A model generated the notes under the pieces. It had not been told where the DNA came from and ran no database searches. It was given only the letters and a program-made list of their open reading frames with translations. From assembly GCA_965261545.1 (NCBI GenBank), contig CBDHDF010000010.1:480001-544000 (forward strand): a DNA stretch of 64,000 nt, in the 5' to 3' direction. Position numbers and translations under genes: made by a program. Below, one piece after another: positions 31,658 to 42,272 of the stretch (position 1 is the stretch's first letter; every line of letters begins with the position of its first letter). The stretch is from Bdellovibrionales bacterium (GTDB lineage: Bacteria > Bdellovibrionota > Bdellovibrionia > Bdellovibrionales > UBA1609).

Positions 31658-32035
31658 CTAATGAACTTCTTTGGTTGAACTTTCCTCTTTGCTCTGTTTA
31701 GACTTGGCTTTTGCCGATTCGGTTCTCCAACTTTCTTTTCCTTCAATGTTGAGGGTTTCACAGTTGTGAATGATTCGATCAACAGCAGCAGCGGTGGTAA
31801 TAGGGTTAAGAAACACCTTATCCCATTCAGAGTATGTTAAGTTTGTAGTGATCATGAGACTTTTCCTTTCATATCGCTGAGATATGAATTGAAAGAAAAG
31901 ATCTGCCCCCTCTGTGCAGGAAGCTGTATAGCCAAGTTCATCACAAGCAATAAGATCAAAACGGTCTAATTTCTTAAAAAGAGCATTCAATGAGAGTTCT
32001 TTCTTGCTTTCACGCATTGTTTCAATAAGTTCATG
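31658..32035 (-). pseudogene. istB: istB of IS21-A, 3' part
   Basis: Walker B LIACDELGY, ITTNL, VDRIIH; continues 47300-47704 (WVTT|HELIE). Confidence 0.85.
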
Positions 32036-32040
32036 AGTGG

Positions 32041-32990
32041 TGTGATCCAATACTTTATTTTGACGGACTTTTCATGGGTTCCTTTGACCTCGAAGCAATT
32101 TTTATGATTTTATCCTGACTGAGTTTAAGTTGTTGAGAGTGATATTTTGATTAGCAAGGTGTGTCGAGGTGAAGTGAGTGAAAAAAGGATGACTGATTCT
32201 CTCTGTTTGGTTTGCTCTCCCGCCTGGTGGCTCAAGAAATTAAGAGCACTTGAGATTTCCAAGTTCTCTTGGAAGGATAATTTCGCTGTATCTGATTTGA
32301 TGGATTATTTTTGGAAGCCTAGTTCCTGGCATTTAAAGCAGGAGATCCTCCCACAGGTGGTGGCTACTTGCTTGAATCGACGCAACATCCTGTTGCGGAT
32401 CTTTCAGTCTCGGGCTCCTGCCCTCGCCCCTCAGCCCCAGGGGGCTTTCGGGTACGACTGAAAGATTCTTAGTCTCGATTCCACATTGAGAGGAGATTGA
32501 GAGGAGCGTCCTATCCAGTGGGACTTTATTTGGCCCCTCAGGGAGAATAACTACCGACCATGTAGTTTAAATAAGTTCTGTGGCGGCTTGGCGAACATGT
32601 TCTTCTGTAATTTGTTCTTCAGAAGCTTTCATACATGCAATCAATGAACCTCTGGCAATCAAATTGGCTTTTCTTAGCAAGCCTCCAGAGCCCTGCCAAA
32701 TGGCTGTGACAGCATTATCTGTCATGAGTTTATTCTTGATTCCAGAGATTTTAAGGTGATGATCTAGATAATTTCTCATATTTTCTTCATTAAGAGCTGG
32801 TAGGTGAGCGTGGGTCATCACACGAGAAGCCAAGGGCAGAGAAGTTCTATACTTCAATTTATCAAGAAGGTTATTCTGTCCCACCAAAATAAGTGAGAAT
32901 CTTTTTTCAGAATCAAAGTTGAATTGGTTAATCGTATGCAATTCAGCAAAGACATCGACTCTCAATAAGGATGCCTCATCAATGATAACC
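32041..32990 (-). mobile_element. Right part of a three-gene DDE/ExeA transposon, with the ExeA 3' half at 32567-32980
   Basis: End TGTGATCCAATACTTTATTTTGAC matches 47705 end; 5-bp TSD ccact; IIDEA Walker B rejoins 51543. Confidence 0.85.
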
Positions 32991-33166
32991 CATAGGTGTT
33001 CGTGGTTTTTTTCTAATTTTAATTCCGAATTAATGGAAATACTTTTCAAGCCTCCTTTTTTACATAGAGGGAAGTGGGCGATTTATAAATATTTATAGAT
33101 GGTATTTTGAGAAATGGACGCAGATTGACATTTGATATCCACGACAAGCCATGTGTTTTAAGAGAC

Positions 33167-33631
33167 TTAATTGTGTAACGAAAGAACTGTGGACTTTTGG
33201 GAACAACAGAATTTAAATTTCTTTCCACTTCCGCATGGACAGGATTGATTTCTTCCAATTTTTTCGCTTTGGTCATTTTTCTGCTGTGATGCAGACATAT
33301 CTTCAGTTACAATTTTTTTTTGCTTTTCATCTTCCAAATCCTCATCCAAATTATCAAAAAGAATATCTCCTAGATTCTGGTGAAAGTAACGATTTTTAAA
33401 TTGAGATATGAGCATCATAAAAATACATGTAAGAACCAAAAGTGTGAGTGAAGCAAAAAACAAAGAAGATGCTTGCATCTGAGTTAATGGGAGGATGAGT
33501 GCCAGTAAATAACCAAATCCAAATACCAATAAGGAAATAAGAAGAGATATAAAGGATCCCAAAGAAAGTAATATTAAAAGTCCAAAAATCATTGCTATTT
33601 TTTGCTCCTGTCGAATACAATGAATCCGCAT
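33167..33631 (-). CDS. Membrane protein with C-terminal SEC-C motif (IS4-B passenger)
   Basis: Hydrophobic helices; GRNQSCPCGSGKKFKFCC. Confidence 0.8.
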   Translation of the reverse strand: MRIHCIRQEQKIAMIFGLLILLSLGSFISLLISLLVFGFGYLLALILPLTQMQASSLFFASLTLLVLTCIFMMLISQFKNRYFHQNLGDILFDNLDEDLEDEKQKKIVTEDMSASQQKNDQSEKIGRNQSCPCGSGKKFKFCCSQKSTVLSLHN

Positions 33632-33736
33632 AGATACAAGTGAGTTATCTACAGACTTAATGATTCTCGCGTTAGTATCTTAATAGGTCAAGATTAATTG
33701 GAGGAAATTTTTATTTTTTAAACGCAGGGGGCAAAT

Positions 33737-34981
33737 ATGAGCACGGAAGCTCAAACACTTAAAACGATCAAAAAATGTTTCAAGAAAGTTATTCCTGAAA
33801 AGGACTCTCGGGCAACCATTCCACCTCTTGAGTTTATTGTGGCTCTTGTCTTGTCATTCCAGGGAGACTCTAAGACATATTCAATAGAGGGAATTAGGAG
33901 GTTTATGATAAGTCATTTAGGATTAAGAATTGAAAGACACAGCTTCTGGGAAAGACTCTCTAGAAAAAGATTAAAAGAGCTTCTGAGTAAACTGGTTGAA
34001 ATGCTCATGATAAAGCTATCTCATGGAGCTTTTCATGGGAGCAAAGCCATATTATTACAACTGGGAGTCTCAGACGTTCTTCTTGTTGACTCAAGCACAA
34101 TAAGCCTTTGGGATGGAGCATCTGAGAATTTTCCAGGGACAAGAACAAACGCAGGAATTAAATGGCACGCTTGTTTCAGTTTATTCAGTGGTATAATGAC
34201 TTGGTTCGAATTAACTCCGTCTTCCACTAACGATAGGAAGTGCTTTCCTGATATAAAGGAACTCGTTGGAAAATTAGTCATCTTTGATTTGGGATATTGG
34301 GACTATGGCTTATTGTCATCTATTCATGAAGCTAAAGGATTTTTCTTGTCTAGAGTAAAGTCAAATGCCTCTATTCTTATTGATGCTGTTGTTGAAGGTT
34401 TGCCAGATTACTATGTTGGAAAAGAGTTCTCTGATATTAAACTCAAGAAAAAAAACGATGTTGTTGAATTTATAGGCAGTGTCTTGTCCAATGGTAAATG
34501 GGTAAGTTTGAGAATTGTAGGCTTCTGGAATTCCTCCGAAAAACGCTATCATTGGTATTGCACGAATTTAGATGTGGCAGCGGAGTCCATATATCCAATT
34601 TATCGTTTACGTTGGCAATGTGAACTTATTTTCAAATCTTGTAAGAATTCTTTGAATGCAAATCAGATCACCTCAAACGATCAAAATATCATAGAGAGTC
34701 TTCTTCTTGCTTCATTAGCGGCTCACCTCACATCAAGTGTTGTTTTGAGGATAGGAAGAACTAAACTCAATAAGGAACAAAATGACTCCACATCGTTTCA
34801 AAGAGTTGCTAAGGTTACCGTCTTATTAGCCTCTGATTTTATCAAATATCTCCTAAGCTCATCTCAAAAGTATTTAAATATTTTGATAGAGAAGATCAAG
34901 ATATTCTCCCATGAAATTTATGACACAAACTACCGACGGCGAAAAACATCAATGAATATGGCTAAAAAGGTCTTGCTATGA
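33737..34981 (+). CDS. IS4-family transposase
   Basis: LLVDSS, IFDLGY, YRLRWQCELIFK (YREK motif). Confidence 0.93.
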   Translation: MSTEAQTLKTIKKCFKKVIPEKDSRATIPPLEFIVALVLSFQGDSKTYSIEGIRRFMISHLGLRIERHSFWERLSRKRLKELLSKLVEMLMIKLSHGAFHGSKAILLQLGVSDVLLVDSSTISLWDGASENFPGTRTNAGIKWHACFSLFSGIMTWFELTPSSTNDRKCFPDIKELVGKLVIFDLGYWDYGLLSSIHEAKGFFLSRVKSNASILIDAVVEGLPDYYVGKEFSDIKLKKKNDVVEFIGSVLSNGKWVSLRIVGFWNSSEKRYHWYCTNLDVAAESIYPIYRLRWQCELIFKSCKNSLNANQITSNDQNIIESLLLASLAAHLTSSVVLRIGRTKLNKEQNDSTSFQRVAKVTVLLASDFIKYLLSSSQKYLNILIEKIKIFSHEIYDTNYRRRKTSMNMAKKVLL

Positions 34982-35008
34982 AAGAATAAAAAACCACGAA
35001 CACCTATG

Positions 35009-36559
35009 AACCTTTATGGCTATCGAATGGATTGAGCTATCTATCCTCACCTCATAATAAAGTCATTGTCTACTTTTCGCTATATGCTTAAAGAACTACT
35101 GAGATTTTTATGAGGCTGTTTTAATATATTTTACATTTTTGTATTTCCTGTAGGGTTTAAATTTTTCTTCAGACTTCAAAACTCCTAATGCTAAAGCAGC
35201 TATTCTTCTTGAAATGGCGTTCCTGGCTTTGTGTGGTGGATAATTTCTTTCTGTAATTAACTGCTCATACCAGTCATTGAATTCATTTTTCCCACCAATA
35301 ACTGTCAATGCAGCCACCTTAAAAACACATTTCATTTGCCGACAAGATCTAGAGTTTTTCTTTCCATAAATTTTTCCACCACTAACTCTAGCCAGCTTCA
35401 CTAGTCCACAGTAACTCCACCAAGAATTGCGTTCAAATCGATGAGGGTCTACAACACGAGCTACGATTTTAACAGCATTGATGTGTCCAATTCCTGGAAT
35501 TCCCTGGAGGTGTTTAATTTCTTTGTGTTTTCTGGCCAGTCTCTTGAATTCTGCGTCATAACGCTTCTTCTCTTCTTCATAAAAGGCAATGCTCGTATCC
35601 AATCCAAGGAGTACGAATATATCTTCTGATCTTTTTAACTCTGTTTTTTTCTTCGCATTTTCATGGGAGGCTCGAAACAATGCTGATCTCTGGTTTTTGC
35701 TTCGAACTCCTGCTTTGATAACATCTTCATATCCACTGATAATTTTTCTAAGATAAATAAAATCATCCCCTGAATGAAAGACTCTTTTTAAAAGACCTGA
35801 ACGCAACAGATGAACCAGCTTCTGAGCATCAATTTTATCATTCTTGGGTCCCTCACTCAGTAATTTATTGCGACAGGGATCACAAATCAAGAGTTCATCA
35901 ACATGATCTTTTAACTCTGTATATAGCCACTGTGAAGCCGTACTTTCTTCAATGGTGAGAGCTTTTGTGCCTTTAAGACTCTTCAAGTAGATTTGGAGTT
36001 CACTAACATCAGCTTTCACATCAGTGGCCTTGATGGCATTAGATTTGGCTGTCATTCTTGCAATGGCCATGTTGCTTTGCGCCCAGTCAACGGCGATATA
36101 ATGATCGTACTTCATAGGTTCCTCCTCCTTAGGTGGTTCTTTGTAACTAAATTTGTTCTCTGCCATTCATTGTAATAATAAATTTTTCGCCTGCTTATCG
36201 GTTTTTGGCTTGCTCGTTTGGGGCCTCTCACCCGTGAGAGGAGGCCCCAGCGAGCAAGGGAAAGAGTGAAAGATGCGCTGCACTCCCCAGTCCGTCTAGC
36301 GAAGCGGCAATTAGAGTGACAGACGCGGAGCGGCTGGCCACGATAATTGAGGACTGGGAAAAGAGTGCTAAGCATCTTGATCGGCTGTCTACATCTAAAT
36401 TGTGTGAGGGCAACCAAGTTCCTAAGCGATTTCTGTACTTTAGTCACATTTAAATGCTTGAAGTTCTCTTGGGGAACTCGGAGGCTCAAGACTATTTTTT
36501 TTGCATATGGCATGTATGTTTGAACGAGACTTTGGGTGACCATCTTTTTCGATTTACCG
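35009..36559 (-). mobile_element. IS110-family element copy R, 5' part (rest at 53562-54057)
   Basis: CG core at 36558-36559 abutting cttaag of the IS4-A IR. Confidence 0.9.
35108..36115 (-). CDS. IS110-family DEDD recombinase, intact (start placed at MKYDH after an aggagg RBS)
   Basis: AVDW, IEES, KNDKIDA (DEDD); GIPGIG; YCGL...SGG catalytic Ser. Confidence 0.92.
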   Translation of the reverse strand: MKYDHYIAVDWAQSNMAIARMTAKSNAIKATDVKADVSELQIYLKSLKGTKALTIEESTASQWLYTELKDHVDELLICDPCRNKLLSEGPKNDKIDAQKLVHLLRSGLLKRVFHSGDDFIYLRKIISGYEDVIKAGVRSKNQRSALFRASHENAKKKTELKRSEDIFVLLGLDTSIAFYEEEKKRYDAEFKRLARKHKEIKHLQGIPGIGHINAVKIVARVVDPHRFERNSWWSYCGLVKLARVSGGKIYGKKNSRSCRQMKCVFKVAALTVIGGKNEFNDWYEQLITERNYPPHKARNAISRRIAALALGVLKSEEKFKPYRKYKNVKYIKTAS

Positions 36560-36679
36560 CTTAAGAATGGTTGAATTTATCCTAAGAAAGGTGTTGTTTT
36601 AGCAAATAAAATATGTGACATTATTTTTAAAGGAGCATTGGAGACTTCAAAATTTTAAATTTACAAAGGAGCGAACAAA

Positions 36680-37925
36680 ATGACAAGTTCGCGTCACAAA
36701 CCACAAGAATATTATTTCTTATTTACCCAAAGAATTCAACAAGAATCACTGCGTTAATGAAAATAAAACTCTAAGAAACAGGAAAATCACCCCAAAAATA
36801 TTTTTCTTTTTCATTCTTCAACTCGCCTGCAATATGACCTTTGCAGGTTACTCCTCAAATGCCCAAATACTTCAAACCCTTATTGAGGAGTTTCCCTCTC
36901 TTGCACAAAGCTCTTTATGTGTCTTCAGACAAAAAATATCCTTTTATTTTTTTAAAAATATTTTCGACAATCATCTCAAAGACTCTTGGGGGGCACTAAA
37001 AACTTATCAAGGATTTCACCTTGTAGGCATTGATGGAGACGAATATAGCCTTAGTGCGACAGGTGATGCGTTGGAGCAAGGGTATCGTGGTCGCGGGGCT
37101 CCTGAAGATAAAGAGACTTATTATCCACGCATGTATGTTGTAAAAGCTATTCATTTACTATCTGGAGTCATCTGCGGATTTTATCATGCAAATACCTGTA
37201 ATGAGATTCTAGGAGCCTTAGGAATTTTAGAAAATTTACCCCAAAAAATCATTGCTGTTTATGATAGACTCTACTTATCAAAGGACTTGCTACAAGCACA
37301 TCAAGTTCATGGTAGCTATTTTATCTTCCGCTGCAAAGTAGGGTCTACATTTAAAGAGATAGTTAATTTTGCGGCAAGCCATATGAGAACAGCAGATGTT
37401 GTCTTAGATGGTGTGAGTGTACGGCTGATAAAGATCAAAAATCCTAAGACAGGCAAAGATTTGGTCTTTGCCACAAATCTTCCTAAAAAGAATTGGAGTA
37501 AGAAGAAGATCGAACAAATTTATCAACTTCGTTGGGAGTGTGAGACCAGTAATAGAGATCACACTCTTTCTATAAATATGGAATCCTTGCATTCAAAAAG
37601 TATTAATGGAGTCTTACAAGAGCTGTATGCCTCATTCATTCTTAATAATATGCTCCGCCTAGAAGCTCATGAAAATGGAGGTTTCGAGGTAAGTCCAGAT
37701 ACTCCCATTACGAAGAAAGTTAATTTTAAATTTTTAGTAGAAATGTCTTTTGATTGGTTGGAAAAGATATGGTTTGAAAAAATTGAGGAATTTGTGAATC
37801 TGATGAAAAATCTTGTTACAAAAAATATCTCAAAGAGAAAGAGGATGTCAAGATGGTACGAAAGAGAGATTAAAGGATGTAGGAAGTCCTATAAAAATAG
37901 TGCTCTTGTTGTTCGGAGGGTTTAA
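36680..37925 (+). CDS. IS4-A transposase; ATG at 36680 is out of frame with the main ORF (+1)
   Basis: GIDGDE, VYDRLY, YQLRWECE; stop codon lies inside the IR. Confidence 0.8.
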
Positions 37926-37926
37926 A

Positions 37927-39148
37927 CGGTAAATCGAAAAAGATGGTCACCCAAAGTCTCGTTCAAACATACATGCCATATGCAAAAAAAATAGTCTTGA
38001 GCCTCCGAGTTCCCCAAGAGAACTTCAAGCATTTAAATGTGACTAAAGTACAGAAATCGCTTAGGAACTTGGTTGCCCTCACACAATTTAGATGTAGACA
38101 GCCGATCAAGATGCTTAGCACTCTTTTCCCAGTCCTCAATTATCGTGGCCAGCCGCTCCGCGTCCGTCACTCTAATTGCCGCTTCGCTAGACGGACTGGG
38201 GAGTGCAGCGCATCTTTCACTCTTTCCCTTGCTCGCTGGGGCCTCCTCTCACGGGTGAGAGGCCCCAAACGAGCAAGCCAAAAACCGATAAGCAGGCGAA
38301 AAATTTATTATTACAATGAATGGCAGAGAACAAATTTAGTTACAAAGAACCACCTAAGGAGGAGGAACCTATGAAGTACGATCATTATATCGCCGTTGAC
38401 TGGGCGCAAAGCAACATGGCCATTGCAAGAATGACAGTCAAATCTAATGCCATCAAGGCCACTGATGTGAAAGCTGATGTTAGTGAACTCCAAATCTACT
38501 TGAAGAGTCTCAAAGGCACAAAAGCTCTCACCATTGAAGAAAGTACGGCTTCACAGTGGCTATATACAGAGTTAAAAGATCATGTTGATGAACTCTTGAT
38601 TTGTGATCCCTGTCGCAATAAATTACTGAGTGAGGGACCCAAGAATGATAAAATTGATGCTCAGAAGCTGGTTCATCTGTTGCGTTCAGGTCTTTTAAAA
38701 AGAGTCTTTCATTCAGGGGATGATTTTATTTATCTTAGAAAAATTATCAGTGGATATGAAGATGTTATCAAAGCAGGAGTTCGAAGCAAAAACCAGAGAT
38801 CAGCATTGTTTCGAGCCTCCCATGAAAATGCGAAGAAAAAAACAGAGTTAAAAAGATCAGAAGATATATTCGTACTCCTTGGATTGGATACGAGCATTGC
38901 CTTTTATGAAGAAGAGAAAAAGCGTTATGACGCAGAATTCAAGAGACTGGCCAGAAAACACAAAGAAATTAAACACCTCCAGGGAATTCCAGGAATTGGA
39001 CACATCAATGCTGTTAAAATCGTAGCTCGTGTTGTAGACCCTCATCGATTTGAACGCAATTCTTGGTGGAGTTACTGTGGACTAGTGAAGCTGGCTAGAG
39101 TTAGTGGTGGAAAAATTTATGGAAAGAAAAACTCTAGATCTTGTCGGC
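37927..39148 (+). pseudogene. IS110 copy L, 5' part with truncated recombinase
   Basis: Near-identical to copy R (few SNPs seen); cut by IS21-A at 39148. Confidence 0.9.
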
Positions 39149-39964
39149 TGTTAGCTGACAATTAAAATGCCCCACCGTCGCCAATGAAAAGTGGCCACTT
39201 TTCAGAGGAGGACCTATGGTGATTTTTGGCATTGTCAACCGAGACGCATATAATCAATTGATATTACTCATAAAAAGGCTCCGAGCTGATAAGAACTCCT
39301 TTTGGGTTCTTGTCGACCTGGAAAGGGGCTCCGTGTTGGAGAGTCCTTCCATGACAGCCTATTCAGGTTCCATATTTGTCATTTGTAGACTGTTTCTGGA
39401 TTTCAATGAGGTTAAATATATAGTCAAGAAAAGCCTGTTTAGGCTGTGCCCATTTTCTAAAGTATTTAAATTCCACAAGATTCCAACATTTGCCTCAATT
39501 TTCATGGAATTTCTTTTTGAAGACAGGCTTCCCTTAAAGCCGTCGCCAATTAAAATGTCCCACTTTCAATATGGAGGTTGTCGCCAATGAAAAGTGACCA
39601 ATCTTCAGGGAGTGTTCAAATACTAGACAATGAAGTCTCTTCTTCTGATATAGATACTAAGCTCACAGAGTCCCTCCCTTTTGCAACTCAAAAGGTTAGC
39701 AATGAGGAGGATCTTATGATTAGTCAATACACTTTCGGCCGCATTCGTGACCTGAGTCACAGTGGTAAAAATAAGACAGAAATATCTCGTGAATTAGGGA
39801 TCAATCGTAAGACGGTGGGCAAGTACTGTGAGTCCAACACCCCACCGAAGTACAAGGCGAGGTCCAAAAGAACTCGCCCAGATCCCCTTAATGGATATAT
39901 GGATCGGGTGAAGTACTTTTTGAAGTTGAACCCAAGTAACACCGCCCGTGAAATATATGAGCTA

Positions 39965-40558
39965 CCTGAAATCCCTAAAAGTTGTAACTAGGTTTAATGT
40001 ATTGCGTTAACTCTCTTTTCCTATGGAATTGGCTACTATCAACGGTTTGAGAGGTTTAATAGTATTAATATATTTAATATGACTCATAAAAATCTTCTTC
40101 GAAAGGTCCTTCGTTCCCATTGGATCGACAATATAAATTAGGCATAGTGGTAGCCTGCTTCTCTTCCTTGTCCCAAAAGCTTTTAACTTTATAGAGATAG
40201 GTTTTTCTTCAGTAACCCTCTCCAAAATTAGTTTCAGCTCCTATAGCCTGTTTCATGTGTTCTTGGGAAAGATATATCGCAGATTTTTCCTCTATTTGAA
40301 ACAATTTTGAGAGATATTTCTTTCATTAAGATTATTATAAGAGTACACAGTTTAAAATAGCAGTGCCAAGTTTCAAAACGAATCTCGGCAAGAACTACTG
40401 GTTTTTTCCTTATTTTTTTGCTCAAAAGTGTATGACATCGTTAATATTGTAACTATGCTTTTGAAGAGATGAAAATCTCTTAATCAAAGTGAAGGCCTTC
40501 TCAGACAATAATCAGGACTTAAGTCCTATACCTAGTTACAACTTTTAGGGATTTCAGG
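39965..40558. mobile_element. 594-bp MITE-like non-autonomous element inside istA
   Basis: 29-bp perfect IR cctgaaatccctaaaagttgtaactaggt; 6-bp TSD gagcta; removal restores the istA frame. Confidence 0.92.
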
Positions 40559-41422
40559 GAGCTATTAGTTGAGGAGGGTTATCGTGGGAGTGAGAGAACG
40601 GTTCAGAGAAGAGTTTGTGAGATTCTTGGTTCTCGCCCCAAGGAGCGTTTTTTCAGCCAAAGATATGATCCTGGAGAACAGGCTCAGTTTGATTTTAAGG
40701 AGAAGGTTGCTTTACCATTTGCCGATGGTGTTCAGATCGTTCATCTCCATTTTGGAACATTGCCTTGTAGTGGCACCTGTTGGGTTCGTGCCTACCCCTT
40801 TCTTGTCTATGAGTGTTTCATCGATGGGGTGCATGCTTTTTTTGAAAAGATAGGTGGGATGAGTGCGAACATCCGTATTGATAATTTATCTCCCTGTGTG
40901 AAGAAAGTTCTTAAAGGAAATCAGCGAATTTACACCCAATCTTTTGATCGAGCCATCCAATACTATGGATTTAAGGTTCTTCCCTGCCGCGCAGGGAAGG
41001 GCTCTGACAAGGGAGATGTGGAGCGTGATATTCGAACCTTCAGTTCTCGGATAAAAAATATTGTTAGAAACAAAGGAATTGTTTTTAAAGACTGGGATCA
41101 TTTGAATCAGTTTTTAGAGTCTTATATGGATCAGCATCAGAGTGACTCCACCAAATCTCGCTTTGAGGAGGAGGCCAAAGTTCTTAAGCCTTTGCCTCCA
41201 CGAGATGAAGATATTCTCTGTAAGGTGAATATTTGTCAAAGTAATGGTTATGGGACTTTGAGAATAGGTAAAACCACATATTCCATACCTGATGAGGTGA
41301 TCCAATCTCCCTGTAAAACCGTACAGGGTCCCTATCCCCGATGGGCGGGTTAAACCAGGCCATTTGTGGGCGGGCAAACCAGGCCATTTAGGGCGATCTG
41401 ACAAGATGGGCTCACCCTACCT

Positions 41423-42193
41423 TTAATTTTTTATCTTGACAAGTCGGTTTGAAGCTTCCTTCAATCGGTAGCTTTTTCCCTCAAATTTTAATAGTTGGCT
41501 GCAGTGGAGAAGGCGATCCAGGATGGCAGAGGCCACGGTATTATCGCCCAAACACTTTCCCCAGTCCTCAATAATGCGATTGGAGGTAATAAGAGTGCTT
41601 TTTCTCGCTGAGTATCGATCCAGAATGATTTCCTGGAAGTCATCGCAAGCCTCTGGCGGAATGCGCTTTCTAAGAAAAAGATCATCAATGATCAACAGGT
41701 CCACATGGATGAGTTGGGTGTAGAACCTCTTTCTGCGCCCCAGCTGCCTGGCCTCAAAGAGATTTTCAAAGAGCTTGTGAGCTTCTTGATACAAAACCTT
41801 GTAATTTGATATGGAACAGACCTTGGTGGCTATAGCTTTTGCAATGTGGCTTTTTCCAGTTCCAGGGGAGCCAATAAGCAAGGCTCCCTCCCCCTGCTTG
41901 ATGAACTTCAAGTTCATTAATTCCAAGATCATTGGCTTGGGTATTTTTGGGTTAAAATTCCAATCAAAGCCGGTGAGGGTGGACTCTTCCGTGAGCTTGG
42001 ATGCTTTGAGGAGTCTCTCACATTTTTTGCTTTTCTTGAAATCCTTTTCATCCTGTAAGAGCAATGAGAAGGTCTCTTGGAAGTTTTGTTGGTTCTGTGT
42101 GTGTTGGTAACTTCGAGCCTCAAATGTTTCAAACATGCCTATAAGCTTAAGGCTTTTGAGAGTCTCTTGTATTTCTGTAGGTGACATTGGCAT
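41423..42193 (-). CDS. istB: IstB ATPase of IS21-B
   Basis: GSPGTGKS, LLIIDD, LDRLLH, GKSYR. Confidence 0.93.
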   Translation of the reverse strand: MPMSPTEIQETLKSLKLIGMFETFEARSYQHTQNQQNFQETFSLLLQDEKDFKKSKKCERLLKASKLTEESTLTGFDWNFNPKIPKPMILELMNLKFIKQGEGALLIGSPGTGKSHIAKAIATKVCSISNYKVLYQEAHKLFENLFEARQLGRRKRFYTQLIHVDLLIIDDLFLRKRIPPEACDDFQEIILDRYSARKSTLITSNRIIEDWGKCLGDNTVASAILDRLLHCSQLLKFEGKSYRLKEASNRLVKIKN

Positions 42194-42272
42194 TGTGATT
42201 GCTCCTTTCCTCTAGAAGAGGGGTTGGGGGGGTGGATTAAGTAAGGTTGGTGCTAGGCTGAGGGTGTAAGGG

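Larger units (their letters stand above)
28420..32040 (-). mobile_element. IS21-family element IS21-A, right part (contains the two group II introns)
   Basis: End TGTTAGGCGCCAATTAAAA with repeated cgccaatgaaaa motifs; 5-bp TSD gccga at 28415-28419 = rc of tcggc at 39144-39148. Confidence 0.88.
32991..35008 (+). mobile_element. IS4-family element IS4-B, copy 1 (2018 bp) with passenger gene
   Basis: IR cataggtgttcgtggtttttt; inverted duplicate at 51544-53561. Confidence 0.93.

Noticed and set aside
37955..38330. Short target/donor-like matches in the IS110 upstream region (atgccat, tagacgg, gaatggca)
   Set aside because: Scattered and not arranged as paired guides ending at the core within stem-closed loops, unlike the downstream set
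36112..38374. 143-aa ORFs in the IS110 upstream ends (36112-36543 and 37943-38374)
   Set aside because: No recognisable domain, they run through GC-rich hairpins, and duplication only reflects the two IS copies
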